Shown here: in pieces, positions 37,169-48,800 of the stretch
Numbering within the stretch: the stretch's first letter is position 1
Layout: every line of letters starts with the position of its first letter
DNA from: an uncultured delta proteobacterium
Lineage (GTDB): Bacteria > Myxococcota_A > Polyangia > Polyangiales > Polyangiaceae
Direction: 5' to 3'
Length of the DNA: 64,000 bases
Assembly: GCA_963841435.1 (NCBI GenBank)
Contig: CAWJCS010000006.1
Span: 1,088,001 to 1,152,000, forward strand
Program-made: the position numbers and the translations under genes
Notes under the pieces: model-generated
What the model saw: the letters and a program-made list of their open reading frames with translations, nothing else
Told to the model about the DNA's origin: nothing
The model's database searches: none

Positions 37169-37954
37169 TCACGAGCCGCGCAGGGCGGCGAGCGCGGCCT
37201 CGAGCACGTGGCCGTTCGTCCCGAGTGCCTCGGGGGCCGTGTAGGTCTGGTTTCCCTTCCAGTCGGTGAGCGTGCCGCCCGCTTCGCGCAAGACCGGGTA
37301 GAGCGCCGCCGTGTCCCACAGCGCCATCACGGGGTCGAGCGCGATCTCGGCGCGGCCCGTTGCCACGAGCGCGTAACCGTAGGCGTCGGGGAAACCGCGA
37401 TCCTTGCCCGAGGCGGCGAGCAGGCGCTCGAATGGTTCGCCCTTGCCGTTCTCGCGCGCGAACTTCGCGCTCGCGTAGGCGAGGCGCGCTTCGGAGAGCT
37501 CGCGGACGTCGGAGACGCGGGCCTGCCGGCCGTTCCACCGGCATCCGAGGCCACTCGCCGCGTAGACGGTTTCCGCGAGCGCGGGCATGTGGATGACGCC
37601 CGCAACGGCTTCGCCTTCCCACTCGAACGCGACGAGGACGGAGTAGAGCGGGACACCACACACGAACGAGTGCGTGCCGTCGATGGGGTCGAGGATCCAC
37701 CGGCCCGGCTCTCGGCCGGGTTTGACGCCGTACTCCTCGCCCACGATGCCGTGCTCGGGGTAGGTGCGCTCGATGCGTTCGCGGAGGAGCTTTTCGGCCC
37801 CGCGATCGGCGGCGGTGACGGGCGTGCGGTCGGCCTTGAGCTCGACCTCGGTGCCCTGGTTGAAGTAGCGGAGCGTCAGCTCACCGGCCTGCTGCGCCGA
37901 TTCGACGGCGAAGTCGAGCAGCGTCGCGAGCGTCGTCCCGTCCAGCCGAGCCAT
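37169..37954 (-). CDS. Inositol monophosphatase family / HisN-like histidinol phosphatase
   Basis: GEE, WILDPIDGT, WDTAA. Confidence 0.85.
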   Translation of the reverse strand: MARLDGTTLATLLDFAVESAQQAGELTLRYFNQGTEVELKADRTPVTAADRGAEKLLRERIERTYPEHGIVGEEYGVKPGREPGRWILDPIDGTHSFVCGVPLYSVLVAFEWEGEAVAGVIHMPALAETVYAASGLGCRWNGRQARVSDVRELSEARLAYASAKFARENGKGEPFERLLAASGKDRGFPDAYGYALVATGRAEIALDPVMALWDTAALYPVLREAGGTLTDWKGNQTYTAPEALGTNGHVLEAALAALRGS

Positions 37955-37984
37955 GGTACTACCCTTTCGCACGAAAGGACTGCC

Positions 37985-38986
37985 ATGGCCACACCGCTGC
38001 TGGTCGGTGAGAATCTTCCGAACATTCCCTGGCAACCGCGGCCCGCCGGCACGAGTGATCCCGTTTGGCGTTGCGACAAGAACCCCGTGATCCCTCGCCA
38101 TGCATCGCCGACGGCCGACAGCATCTACAACAGCGCCGTGGTCCCGTTCCGCGGTGCGTTCGCGGGCGTCTTTCGTTGCGACGACCGGGCGCGCAACATG
38201 ACGCTACGGGTCGGGCGAAGCCAGGACGGATTCTCGTTCGAGATCTCGGACGATCGGCTCGTGTTCCACAAGAGCCCCCCGGACATCGCCGAGTTCCTCG
38301 AGGGCTACGATCCGCGCGTCGTCCCGCTCGATGGGCGCTACTACGTGATCTGGTGCAACAACTACCACGGCTACACGATCGGCCTCGGCGTCACCGACGA
38401 CTTTTCCGAGTTCGAGCAGCTCGAGAACGTGTTTCTGCCGTTCAATCGCAACGGGGTGCTTTTTCCGCGAAAAATCGGCGGAAAGTATCTGATGCTGAGC
38501 CGCCCGAGCGACGCCGGGCACACGCCGTTCGGCGACATCTTCGTGAGTCATTCGCCTGATCTTCGCTACTGGGGCGAGCACCGCCACGTCATGGGCCCCA
38601 GGCGAGAGCGGGGCCTCGTCAACTGGCAGATGACGAAGATCGGCGCGGGGCCCTATCCGATCGAGACGCGCGAAGGCTGGCTGCTTTTTTACCACGGCGT
38701 CCTCACCACCTGTAACGGCTTTACCTACAGCATGGGCGCGGCGCTGCTCGATCTCGAAAAGCCCTGGCAGGTGCGCTACCGGACGAGACCGTACTTGCTG
38801 ACGCCGGAGACGCAGTACGAGTGCGTCGGCAACACGCAGAACGTGCTGTTCCCGTGCGCGGCGCTCACGGACGCCGCGAGCGGGCGCATTGCAATCTACT
38901 ACGGAGCGGCGGACACCTCGACGGCGCTCGCCTTCTGCGAGGCCGACGAGATCCTGACGTTTCTACGCCAGAACTCGGAGGTTTGA
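37985..38986 (+). CDS. GH130 mannoside phosphorylase/glycosidase
   Basis: YNSAVV, YDPRV, NRNGVLFPRKI, RPSDAGHTPFGDIF, IYYGAAD. Confidence 0.9.
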   Translation: MATPLLVGENLPNIPWQPRPAGTSDPVWRCDKNPVIPRHASPTADSIYNSAVVPFRGAFAGVFRCDDRARNMTLRVGRSQDGFSFEISDDRLVFHKSPPDIAEFLEGYDPRVVPLDGRYYVIWCNNYHGYTIGLGVTDDFSEFEQLENVFLPFNRNGVLFPRKIGGKYLMLSRPSDAGHTPFGDIFVSHSPDLRYWGEHRHVMGPRRERGLVNWQMTKIGAGPYPIETREGWLLFYHGVLTTCNGFTYSMGAALLDLEKPWQVRYRTRPYLLTPETQYECVGNTQNVLFPCAALTDAASGRIAIYYGAADTSTALAFCEADEILTFLRQNSEV

Positions 38987-38993
38987 GCGCGCC

Positions 38994-39962
38994 GTGATCC
39001 CGCGCGCGGCCCACTTCGTGTGGCTCGGTCGTGAGCTCTCGTGGGTGCATCTCGTCGCGCTGGCGTCGGCGGTGCGCGCCGGCGAGTTCGAGCACGTCAC
39101 GCTGCATCACACCGATCCGCTCGACGATTCGCCCGTCCACCGTGAGCTCGCGGGGCTCTCGACCCTGAAGCTCGAGCGCCTCGACCCCGAAGCGCTCCTG
39201 GTTCGGGTGGGCAGGGGCGAGCTCGTCGGCACCTACCGGGCGCTCGCGGCGCCCGCGGCGCGCTCGAACCTGATCCGGGCGGCGCTGCTTTTCGAACGCG
39301 GCGGCGTGTACCTCGATGCCGACACGGTCACCTTGCGAAGCTTCGCGGCGCTCTGCGCGCGGGGCGGCGCTTTCTGCGGGGAGGAGCGGCTGGTCTTTCC
39401 GGTGCGAGCGGGGGGGGGCATCGCGGCCCGGTTTTCGCCGGTTGCGCTGCTGCGCACGGCGGCGCGCGACGTGCTCCGGCGGCTGCCCGAAGGCCAGCGC
39501 GCCTTTTCACGCATCGAGCGTCTCTACCCGACGGGTGCGAACAACGCCGTGCTCGGGGCCGAGCCGAGGCATCCGTTTCTCACCGAGCTGTTCGCGCGCA
39601 TGCTCGAGCTTTTGCCGCGGGAGCGACTCGTGCGCTACGCGCTCGGGACGCACGCGCTGCAGCGCGCCGTGGCCTCGTACCGAGGCGGGGGCCTCGAGGT
39701 GCTGCCGCCCGCCGCGTTCTACCCGCTCGGACCCGAGATCAGCGAGCACTGGTTCCGGCTGCGCCAGCACGTGCACCTCGACCAGGTCGTCTCCAGCGAA
39801 ACGCTGCTCGTGCACTGGTACGCCTCCGTGCGCACGGCGCGTCACGTGCGAAAGCTCGATGCGAGCTTCGTGCGGCGTCACGCCGACCGGCAGCTGTTCT
39901 CGGCGCTCGCGCTGCCGACGGTCGAGGCGCTCGCGCGCGGGGAGCTTTCGGCTCAGCGCTGA
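38994..39962 (+). CDS. DXD-motif glycosyltransferase (GT32-like)
   Basis: IPRAAHFVW, RSNLIR, GGVYLDAD, NNAVL. Confidence 0.82.
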   Translation: MIPRAAHFVWLGRELSWVHLVALASAVRAGEFEHVTLHHTDPLDDSPVHRELAGLSTLKLERLDPEALLVRVGRGELVGTYRALAAPAARSNLIRAALLFERGGVYLDADTVTLRSFAALCARGGAFCGEERLVFPVRAGGGIAARFSPVALLRTAARDVLRRLPEGQRAFSRIERLYPTGANNAVLGAEPRHPFLTELFARMLELLPRERLVRYALGTHALQRAVASYRGGGLEVLPPAAFYPLGPEISEHWFRLRQHVHLDQVVSSETLLVHWYASVRTARHVRKLDASFVRRHADRQLFSALALPTVEALARGELSAQR

Positions 39963-41189
39963 GCGGGGCTCGGATCGAGCAGCCGCGCCACGATACTGCG
40001 TAGCCGTTCGGGGCTGAACGGCTTGTCGAGACGCAGATTCGGCACCTTGTCGAGAAACTCGCGGGCCTGTGTCACGAACGCACCGCCCGTGAGAAACACG
40101 ATCTTGCTCACTTCCTCGGGCGCGAGCCGCTCGAGCTCGTGGAAGAAATCCACCCCCGTGACGTTCGGCATCATGACGTCGCACAGGATCACGTCGAAGC
40201 GCTCCCCGCGTGACAAGCGTTCGAGCGCGCGCTCGCTCTCCAGCTCGGTCTCAACGTCGTGGTCGGGGCTCAACGTGCGCCGGACGGCCGTGGCGACCAT
40301 CGGCTCGTCGTCGACGACGAGCACGCGTCCGCGCCGCGCGCTCGTGAGCGCCGGCGGTCGCGAGCTCGGCGGTATGCTGGCGCGCGTGAGCGCGGCCGGA
40401 ACGGTAACGGTGAAGCTCGAGCCGACGCCCACGCGGCTCTTGACGTGAATGCGCCCGCCGATCTCCTCGACGATACGCTGCGAGATCGGCAGGCCGAGGC
40501 CACGCCCGACGCCTGCGGGCTTGGTGCTGTAAAATGGGACGAAGATCCGCGACATTTCGGCATCGCTCATGCCGACGCCCGTGTCGCGCACCTCGACGAC
40601 GACCTGGTCGCCCTCGGATCGGGTGCTCACGCGGATTTCGTTGTGCTCGGCCTTTCCGGCGGGGATGGCGTGCGCGGCATTGATCACGAGATTCAAAAAG
40701 ACCTGTCCGAGGCGCGCCTCGTTGGCGTTGAACGTGCGCCACCTCGTCGAACACCTTGACGAGCTTCGCCCGGTGCCGGATCTCGTTCCAGGCCATGCGG
40801 AGCGTCGACTCGAGGACCTCGCGGACGTCGACGAGGTCGCGGTGCGGCTCCTCGGCCCGCGAGAACAGTCTGAGATCTCGCACGATTTGGCGCACGCGCT
40901 GGGCCGCTTCCCGCGCGTCCTCGAGCTCCTCCAGGAGCTCGCCGCTCGAGAGGCCGAGCCTTTTCACGTCGTCGATCGCGAGCTCGACGTTGGCGATCAC
41001 CGCGGCGAGCGGATTGTTGATCTCGTGCGCCACGCCCGCGGCGAGCGTGCCCACGGACGCCATGCGATCGGTCGCGACGAGCTCGGCGACGAGATCGGCG
41101 ATGGGCGCCTCGGTGTTGCGCAGGCGCGCGAGCATGGCCTCGGGGTCTGCCGCCGACGGAGGAGGATCGCTCGGTGGCTTTGCGCTCAT
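39953..41189 (-). CDS. Hybrid histidine kinase-receiver (frameshift ~40730)
   Basis: AHEINNPL; NLVINA, DTGVG, GRGLGL; C-terminal REC. Confidence 0.85.
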
Positions 41190-41482
41190 CGGCCCTTTCG
41201 TCAGGTAGCCTTTCGGTCGGCGTGGGAAAAGGCCGGATCGGTGCCGAAGGGCGTGTCTCGATGCGAGACGCCGTTTCGGGTGCCGGGCGTGGATCGCCGA
41301 AATTGTTCCTGATATCGACGGCATCGCCCGTGCGCGCGGTGGTTGAAATCGGCCAAGCCATCTGGTCGGATCCGTCCGCCCGCTCACGAGCTCGATCGGC
41401 AGGGGCACGCTGGCGAGGCCTCGGAGGCTTCGGACGGCTGGCACGGCGGTTGCGTTGGGTGCGGGTGAACGATGGGCGAAAA

Positions 41483-42036
41483 ATGACCGGCGGCAAGACG
41501 GACGACCAACGGAGCAACCCGAGCGCGAGCGTGGCGGCGCGCTCGGTGACCGGCCCTGCCACGGGGTCCGGGTCACCGACGGCAAGCGACGGGGGGCAAG
41601 CGTCGCTCGGTCGCGGGCGCGTCGTGCTCGTCGTCGAACGACGAGCCGATCCTCCTGAAGAGCACGCAACGGCTGATCGAGCAGCGAGGCTTTCGGGTGC
41701 TGACGGCGACGAACGCCCAGGCGGCGCTCGCTTGGTCCGAGGAGGAACACGAGAATCGCGCTGCTCGTGACGGACGTCGTGCTTCACCCCATCAATGGCG
41801 TCGAGCTCGCCCGTCGCCTCCGCAAGGTCCTCCCGGAGCTCAAGGTGCTCTACGTGTCGGGGTACGATGCTACAGCGGCCGGGCTCGCCCTCGGGGCCGA
41901 CGGCCCGGATGCCTTCCTAGGCAAGCCGTTCACGGCGCGTGAGCTCGAAGCTCGATTGCGCGAGCTTTTGCCCGGATCGACCGGGGACTCGCTGCCCGTG
42001 AGCTCGGGCGTGACGCCGCGGGATGGGCTGAAGTAG
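41483..42036 (+). CDS. Single-domain response regulator (frameshifts ~41640 and ~41753)
   Basis: VLVVE/DEPILL...LLVTDVV...YVSGY...KPF spread over three frames. Confidence 0.7.
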
Positions 42037-42083
42037 ACTGGCGAGGCTCGCGTTGGCGAGCCCTGGCCGTTTTGAGGAAGCTC

Positions 42084-42428
42084 ATGAAACTTAGCCCGAT
42101 CGTTGGCATCTTCCTGCTCGTTGGTTGCGGTGGCGCCGCGGTGCCGCAAGAAGCGCTCACCGCCGCGAAGGCGTCCGTGTCGGGCGCCGAGGTCGGCGGC
42201 GCAGGCGCGGACCCCCAGGCTGCGTTGCATCTGCAGCGCGCCAAGGAGCAGCTCGCCACCGCCGAGAAGCTCATCGCCGACGGTGACAACGAGCAAGCCG
42301 CTCAGGTCATCGACCGGGCCACCGCCGACGCAGATCTCGCTCTGTCGCTCGCGCGCGAAGCCAAGGCGAAGGCCGACGCCCAGGAGACCGCGGAGCAGCT
42401 CAACCGTCTGAAGAAGACGACCCAATGA
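42084..42428 (+). CDS. DUF4398 lipoprotein
   Basis: Lipobox LVGC; helical; upstream of OmpA-family gene. Confidence 0.8.
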   Translation: MKLSPIVGIFLLVGCGGAAVPQEALTAAKASVSGAEVGGAGADPQAALHLQRAKEQLATAEKLIADGDNEQAAQVIDRATADADLALSLAREAKAKADAQETAEQLNRLKKTTQ

Positions 42429-42475
42429 GCCGCCGCCGTTCGGTGGGAATCGAATCGCTTGAAGGAGCAAGTACG

Positions 42476-43345
42476 ATGGTGATCGCTCGGGTAAAATCCA
42501 AGACCGTGGTCGCTTGCCTGTGTGCGGCGGCGCTTGCCGCTTGTGGCGCGGCGCCTCCGCCCCAGGAGCTTTTGGACGCGCGCAAGGCCATCGACAAGGC
42601 GCAGGCGGGGCCGGCCGCAAAGCTCGCGCCAGCGCAGCTCGATACCGCCAAGCAGGCGCTAGCCAAGGCCGAGCAGTACTGGGTGGACGAGAGCGACCTC
42701 GGCCCCACCAAGGATCTGGCGTACATCGCACAGTGCCGCGCGGAGATTGCCGAGGCCGAAGCTGGCCGCGAGCAGGCCGAGCGCGCTCGGGCCAAGCTCG
42801 ACAAGGACTTCAAGGAGTCCCAGCTCGACGCGCTGCAGTCAACCAAGGCGACCGCAGCGAAGACCAAGGCCCAGCTCGAGGAAGAGAAACGCGCGCGCGC
42901 CGCGGCCGAGAAGCGCTCCGCCGAGGCCGAGAAGAAGCTCCAGCTTGCCATGGCGAGCCTGCAGGAGATCGCCAAGGTCAAGGAGGAGTCGCGTGGCGTC
43001 GTGATCACGCTCTCCGGGTCGGTGTTGTTCGCGACCGGAAAAAGTACGCTCCTCCCCATCGCCCAAGAAAAGATCGCCGAGGTGGCGAAGGCGCTCAAGG
43101 ACCAGGGGTACAAGAGCCTGCTCGTCGAAGGTCACACCGACGCTCAGGGCAGCGCCGACAAGAACATGGTCTTGAGCCAGGAGCGCGCCGAGTCCGTGCG
43201 CTCGTACCTCATCAACCAGGGCATCCCGTCGGACAAGATCCGCGCCCAGGGGATCGGGTCGAGCCGTCCCGTCGCGGAGAACAGCACGGCCGAGGGGCGT
43301 GCCAACAACCGTCGCGTCGAGATCGTCGTCGAGCCGTTGAAGTAG
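42476..43345 (+). CDS. DUF4398-OmpA family lipoprotein
   Basis: LAAC; VLFATGKS, EGHTD, LSQERA, NRRVEI. Confidence 0.9.
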   Translation: MVIARVKSKTVVACLCAAALAACGAAPPPQELLDARKAIDKAQAGPAAKLAPAQLDTAKQALAKAEQYWVDESDLGPTKDLAYIAQCRAEIAEAEAGREQAERARAKLDKDFKESQLDALQSTKATAAKTKAQLEEEKRARAAAEKRSAEAEKKLQLAMASLQEIAKVKEESRGVVITLSGSVLFATGKSTLLPIAQEKIAEVAKALKDQGYKSLLVEGHTDAQGSADKNMVLSQERAESVRSYLINQGIPSDKIRAQGIGSSRPVAENSTAEGRANNRRVEIVVEPLK

Positions 43346-43349
43346 ACCG

Positions 43350-44654
43350 TCACGCTCGGAAGAGCGCGGCGCGCGCCCCGTCGGCGTTGCCTGCGACGAT
43401 GGCGCGGGCCGCTTCCGCGCTGGGGGCGTGCCCGAGCGCCTCCAGGAGCGAAAAGAGGCTGCGCTTTCGCTCCGTGAGCACCCGATAGCGCTCGAGCGCC
43501 GTGCCGGGTACGGCGAATACCGCGACGGCCCGCGCGAAGAGCTCGCGGTACGCGGTGAGGTCGAAGCGGAGGGCGAGCTGGTCGAGCAGCAGATGGGGCA
43601 TCCCGGCCCCGACGAGCTCGCCGAGCACGGCGTTCACGAGGTTCATCGCGAGCGACTGATTGCCGGCCCGGAAAGGGTGCAGGCGTACGAAGCGAAAGTG
43701 AAACTCCGCGAGCGCCGCGAGCGCGGCGCCACGCTGGGCGTGCCGGACGGCGGCGCGCGCCGCGCCGAGGCTCGAAAAGAGCGCCTCGAGGTGCCGCTCG
43801 GTGACGGGCCGCGGTGGGCGAAACCACGCGCCCGGGTGCTCGTCGTCGCCGGCGCGCGCCGTGACGAGCTCGCCCTGGGGCAGCCCGTCGAGCGCCTGCG
43901 CCCGCTCGGGGTCGAGAGCCGCCTCGTCTCCGACGTCCTCGGCGAGCAGCCTCCAGTAGCTTTCGCCCCCGACGAGCCCCGCGTTGACCTTCGGCCCGGA
44001 CACGAGGTGCGGGCCGGAGGGCGTGGCTCGTACGACGCTCGGCGTCCCGTAGAGAACGCCCGGCTCGAGGCCCTTGGTCGCGATGGGGCTCGCCGGGCGG
44101 TAGTAGCTCTTTTGGTCCTCGCCCATGAGCGAAAGGACGTGCAGCTCTGCGAGCACTGCGAGCGCCTGGCGTGGTTCGGCGGTGCGCACGAAGAGGCGCT
44201 CGGCGTGGCGGCGAACGGCGCCCATGTTCGCCCAGTACGGCCGCGGGATCTCGTAAGGGGAGCCTGGAAAGCGCACGATCTCGGCGCTCGCCACGGCGCG
44301 CTCGAGCGCGAGCACCGCGTGCGGCGCGAAGAGGAGCGTCCCGAAGCAGACCGCGAGCAGGCGTGCGAGCTCGTCGTCACCGAGCCCCGCGAGGACCCGG
44401 GCATCGGCGAGCCGGCGCTCGCCATCGAGGAGCGCGAAGAACGTGCGGGCGCGTTCGGGGTCGACGCCGTCGATCGGAGCGGGCTCGGAGGTGCCCGGTG
44501 CCGGCAGCACGACGTCGTCGGCTGCGACCTCGAAGCGCACGCGCGGCTCGGTGAACAGGTAGCCCGCGTCGGGGGTGCTCGCCGCCCGGAGCCAGCGCTC
44601 GTAGCTCGCGACGGCTTCGGGCGACGGTCGGCTCGAGGGCGCGACGGAACCCAT
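43350..44654 (-). CDS. Fic-domain protein with non-canonical motif
   Basis: [18 protein letters not shown]; start overlaps upstream stop. Confidence 0.7.
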   Translation of the reverse strand: MGSVAPSSRPSPEAVASYERWLRAASTPDAGYLFTEPRVRFEVAADDVVLPAPGTSEPAPIDGVDPERARTFFALLDGERRLADARVLAGLGDDELARLLAVCFGTLLFAPHAVLALERAVASAEIVRFPGSPYEIPRPYWANMGAVRRHAERLFVRTAEPRQALAVLAELHVLSLMGEDQKSYYRPASPIATKGLEPGVLYGTPSVVRATPSGPHLVSGPKVNAGLVGGESYWRLLAEDVGDEAALDPERAQALDGLPQGELVTARAGDDEHPGAWFRPPRPVTERHLEALFSSLGAARAAVRHAQRGAALAALAEFHFRFVRLHPFRAGNQSLAMNLVNAVLGELVGAGMPHLLLDQLALRFDLTAYRELFARAVAVFAVPGTALERYRVLTERKRSLFSLLEALGHAPSAEAARAIVAGNADGARAALFRA

Positions 44655-45733
44655 CAGCCGAGCGCCTCCGCGATCCCGGCGGCGTCGTTGGAGACGACAC
44701 CGAACGCTCCAGGAAAGCTGCCGGGGGAAAACGTCCAGGCTTCGGCCGCCATCTCGGCGAGGATCGCGGGCATGCGGTCGAACAGCGTGCGCGAGGTCGG
44801 ATCGAGGCGCCGGACGACGACGAGGCCCGATGGCGGGGTGAGCACCGTGCGGATCCGCAGGTCCGGACGATGGCGCGCGAGCGCGAGGACCGCCTTGTAG
44901 GTGTCTCCGACCCAAAAACGTGTTCGCCGCTCGCGTTCGGCGGCGACGGGCGCGAGCGGGATGCAATCGTGCAACACGATGGTGCTCTCGGGCGCGCACC
45001 AGCGCTCGACGTTCGCGAAGTCGCGCAGCGCGAACTCGGCCAGATGCATGCCGTCAACGAAGGCAAGCTCGACGGGGTCGTCGCCGAACAGGCTCTCGCG
45101 CGTGCGGCTCGCGAAGAACGCGTCGCTCGTCTCGCGCACGACGCGCGTGCGCTCGGGCAACGCGTGATCCGCCGCAAAATCCGCCGGATCGACGCCGACG
45201 GCGAGCCTCGCCGTGGTCGCGAGCGAAAGCGTGCCACCCGTTTCGACGCCAATCTCGAGGTACGTGCGCGGGCGGAGCGCACGGTGCAACGCCTGAAGCA
45301 CCTCGCGGTACGGCGGGCCCGGCATGAGCAGCGTCGCGATGAGCGGCTGGGCGCCCGGATAGTCGGGGTAGCTTGCGACGAGGGCCGTCAGGGTGGCGAG
45401 CGCTTCGGCACGTCGGCCGCTGCGCGCCTGCATTTCGGCGACCACGTAGCGCGCGCTGAGATCGCCGGGTCTCGCGGCCGAGAGCGCGAGCGCCTCGACG
45501 AGCGCCGCCTCCCGGTCGCCCGAGACGAAGCGAGCCACGGACAAAGCGAGCGCCAGCGCCGGATCGGCCATCCGTTCGGGGTCGAGCGCCTCGGCGAGCG
45601 CGAGGGCGTGATCGAAGGCGCCGCGCTCCAGGCACTGCCGCACGAAGAACACCAGCTCGGCAGGCGAGGCCTCTCGGAAGGCTCGAGCGAGCTCGTCGCG
45701 GCTCGGGACGTACGAGTTTTGGCGAAGCGCCAC
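44654..45733 (-). CDS. TPR + class I SAM methyltransferase (Methyltransf_24-like)
   Basis: [28 protein letters not shown]; helical repeats at N-terminus. Confidence 0.8.
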   Translation of the reverse strand: MALRQNSYVPSRDELARAFREASPAELVFFVRQCLERGAFDHALALAEALDPERMADPALALALSVARFVSGDREAALVEALALSAARPGDLSARYVVAEMQARSGRRAEALATLTALVASYPDYPGAQPLIATLLMPGPPYREVLQALHRALRPRTYLEIGVETGGTLSLATTARLAVGVDPADFAADHALPERTRVVRETSDAFFASRTRESLFGDDPVELAFVDGMHLAEFALRDFANVERWCAPESTIVLHDCIPLAPVAAERERRTRFWVGDTYKAVLALARHRPDLRIRTVLTPPSGLVVVRRLDPTSRTLFDRMPAILAEMAAEAWTFSPGSFPGAFGVVSNDAAGIAEALG

Positions 45734-45874
45734 GGACCCGGTGGTAGCAGAGTCGGCCGCCGACGGCTTTTGCGCCCGCTCCGATGTTTCCGGGGTCGGG
45801 TCCGCTTGCGGCCCCAGGCGCCCTCTGCCATAGCCGAACCCGAACGCGCCCCCGGCGTGGGGCGCCTGCTCGAG

Positions 45875-48800
45875 ATGCTCACCCTGCGCGGCGGCCCCGC
45901 CCTCACGCCGTTCCGGCTGGAGCGGCTGCTTCAGGCCGTCGAACGTGCCGCTCCCGGCGTCAGCGCCGTCGACGCCGAGCACGTCTACTTCGTCGATCTG
46001 CAAGGCGAGGGGACCGAGGAGGAGCGGCGTCGGCTCGCGCTCCTCCTCTCGCTCGGTGTGGAACGGCCCGAGCCGCCCGGGCAGGCGCTGCTCGTGGTGC
46101 CGCGCGTCGGGACGCTGTCGCCCTGGGCCTCGAAAGCCACGGACATCGCCCACGCCTGCGGCCTCGACGGCGTGCGCCGCATCGAGCGCGGCACGCTCTA
46201 CCGCGTCGTCGGGCTCGCGCCGCCACACAAGGACGCGGTGCTGCCCTTGCTCCACGATCGCATGACCGAGAGCGTGCTCGCCGGTCTCGAGCAGGCGGCG
46301 GCGTTGTTCCGGGCGACGCCACCGCGCCCGCTCGGCCGCGTCGCGCTCGCCGGGGACGGTCGCGCGGCACTCGCACGCGCCAATCGCGAGCTCGGCCTCG
46401 CGCTCGACGAAGGAGAAATCGACTATCTCGCGCGGAGCTTCGCCGACCTCGGCCGCGACCCGACCGACGTCGAGCTCATGATGTTCGCGCAGGCCAACAG
46501 CGAGCACTGCCGCCACAAGATCTTCAAGGCGGACTTCGTCGTCGACGGCGCGCCTCAGGATCGCTCGCTGTTTTCCATGATCAAGAACACGCACGAGTGC
46601 TCGCCCGAGGGCACGCTGAGCGCCTACAGCGACAACGCGGCCGTGCTCGAGGGGCACCCCGCGCTCAGGTTCTTCCCGGATCCCGGAACGTCGGTGTACC
46701 GCTCGACGCTCGAGGACACGGCGCTCGTCGTCAAGTGCGAGACCCACAACCACCCGACGGCCATCTCGCCGCGGCCCGGCGCTTCGACAGGCTCCGGCGG
46801 CGAGATCCGCGACGAAGGCGCGACGGGGCAGGGCGCGAAGCCCAAGGCCGGCGTGACGGGCTTCGTGGTGTCGCACCTCGCGATCCCGGGGTTCGAGCAG
46901 CCGTGGGAGACGGACGGCGGCAAGCCAGATCACATCGTCTCGCCGCTCGAAGTGATGCTCGAGGGGCCGCTCGGCGGCGCGGGCTTCAACAACGAGTTCG
47001 GGCGCCCGGGCATTTTGGGGTTCTTCCGCACCTTCGAGCAGGAGGTCACGGGCCCCGAAGGACCCGAATGGCGGGGCTACAAGAAGCCCATCATGCTCGC
47101 GGGCGGCGTCGGCAACGTGCGTCCGATGCACGTGAAGAAGCGCGGCTTCCCCGCCGGAGCCCAGGTCGTCGTGCTCGGCGGGCCCGCGCTGCTCATCGGT
47201 CTCGGCGGCGGGGCGGCGTCGTCGATGGCGGGCGGGCAGAGCTCGAGCGAGCTCGATTTCGCGAGCGTGCAACGCGACAACCCCGAGATGCAGCGGCGCT
47301 GCCAGGAGGTCATCGACCGCGCGTCGGCGCTCGGTGACCGCACGCCCATCCTGAGCATCCACGACGTGGGTGCGGGCGGCCTCTCGAACGCCGTGCCCGA
47401 GCTGTTGCACGACGCGGGGCGTGGCGGGCGCCTCGAGCTGCGCGACGTGCCGAGCGCGGCGCCGGGCATGAGCCCGCTCGAGATCTGGTGCAACGAGGCC
47501 CAGGAACGCTACGTGCTCGCGGTGCGCGGCGACGCGCTCGGCGAGTTCCGGGCGCTCTGCGAGCGCGAGCGCTGCCCGATGGCCGTGATCGGCGAAGCCA
47601 CCGACGACGGGCGGCTCGTCGTCACCGATCGCGTCCTCGGTGGGAACGCCATCGACGTGCCGCTCGCGCTGCTCTTCGGCAACACACCGAAGCTCACGCG
47701 GCGCGCAGCGCACGCGCCGGTCAAGGCTCGTGCTTTCACGACGAACGGCCTCGATTCACACGAAGCGGCGGAGCGCGTTCTCAGGCTGCCGGCCGTGGCC
47801 GCGAAGGACTTCCTCATCACGATCGGGGACCGCACGGTGTCCGGCCTCATCGCCCGCGATCCCATGGTGGGTCGCTTCCAGGTGCCGGTGGCGGACGCGG
47901 CCGTCACGCTCGCGGACTATCGGGGCTTTGGCGGGGAGGCGATGGCGGTGGGGGAGCGCACGCCGCTCGCGGTGCTCGATGCCGCCGCTTCCGCGCGCAT
48001 GGCCGTCGGCGAGGCGCTCACCAACCTGGCCTCTGCGCCCGTCGAGCGTCTCTCCGACGTGAAGCTTTCGGCGAATTGGATGGCGGCGGCCGGTCACGCC
48101 GGTGAGGACGCGGCGCTCTTCGATGCGGTGCGCGCCGTCGGCATGGAGCTTTGCCCCGCGCTCGGCATCTCGATCCCCGTGGGCAAGGACTCGCTCAGCA
48201 TGCGCGTCGTGTGGGACGGCGGCCGGCGTGCCATCGTTTCGCCCGTCTCGCTGATCGTGACCGCCTTTTCGCGCGTGGCCGACGCGCGGGGCGCGCTCAC
48301 GCCCGAGCTTCGCCTCGATGTCGGCGACACGGCGCTCGTGCTTTGCGATCTCGGTGCCGGACGCTGCCGGCTCGGTGGCTCGGCGCTCGCCCAGGTGTAC
48401 GGCGCGCTCGGTGACACGCCGCCCGACGTGGACGATCCCGCGACGCTCCGCGCGCTCTTCGAGGGCGTCGCGGAAGCGCGCGCCGAGGGGCTCTTGCTCG
48501 CGTACCACGATCGCTCCGACGGCGGCCTGTTCGCCACGCTTTGCGAGCTGGCGTTTGCCGCGGGCTCGGGGGTCGAGGCGGAGCTCGATGGCCTGCACGC
48601 GGACCCGCTGGCGGCGCTGTTCAACGAAGAGCTCGGCTCGGTGCTGCAGGTGCGGCGCGCCGATCTCGAGCGCGTGCTCGCCACGTTCGAGCGCCGCGGC
48701 CTCAGTCGCGGTCCCGGTGGGCACCTCCACGTGATCGGCGCGCCGCGCTCGGATGATCGCGTCGTCGTGACCTCGGGCGGCCGGGCGCTCGTCTCGGGCA

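Noticed and set aside
44654-47713. 1019-aa minus ORF and the 44870 start of purL
   Set aside because: Extensions are antisense shadows of each other; real genes are 44654-45733 (-) and 45875 onward (+)
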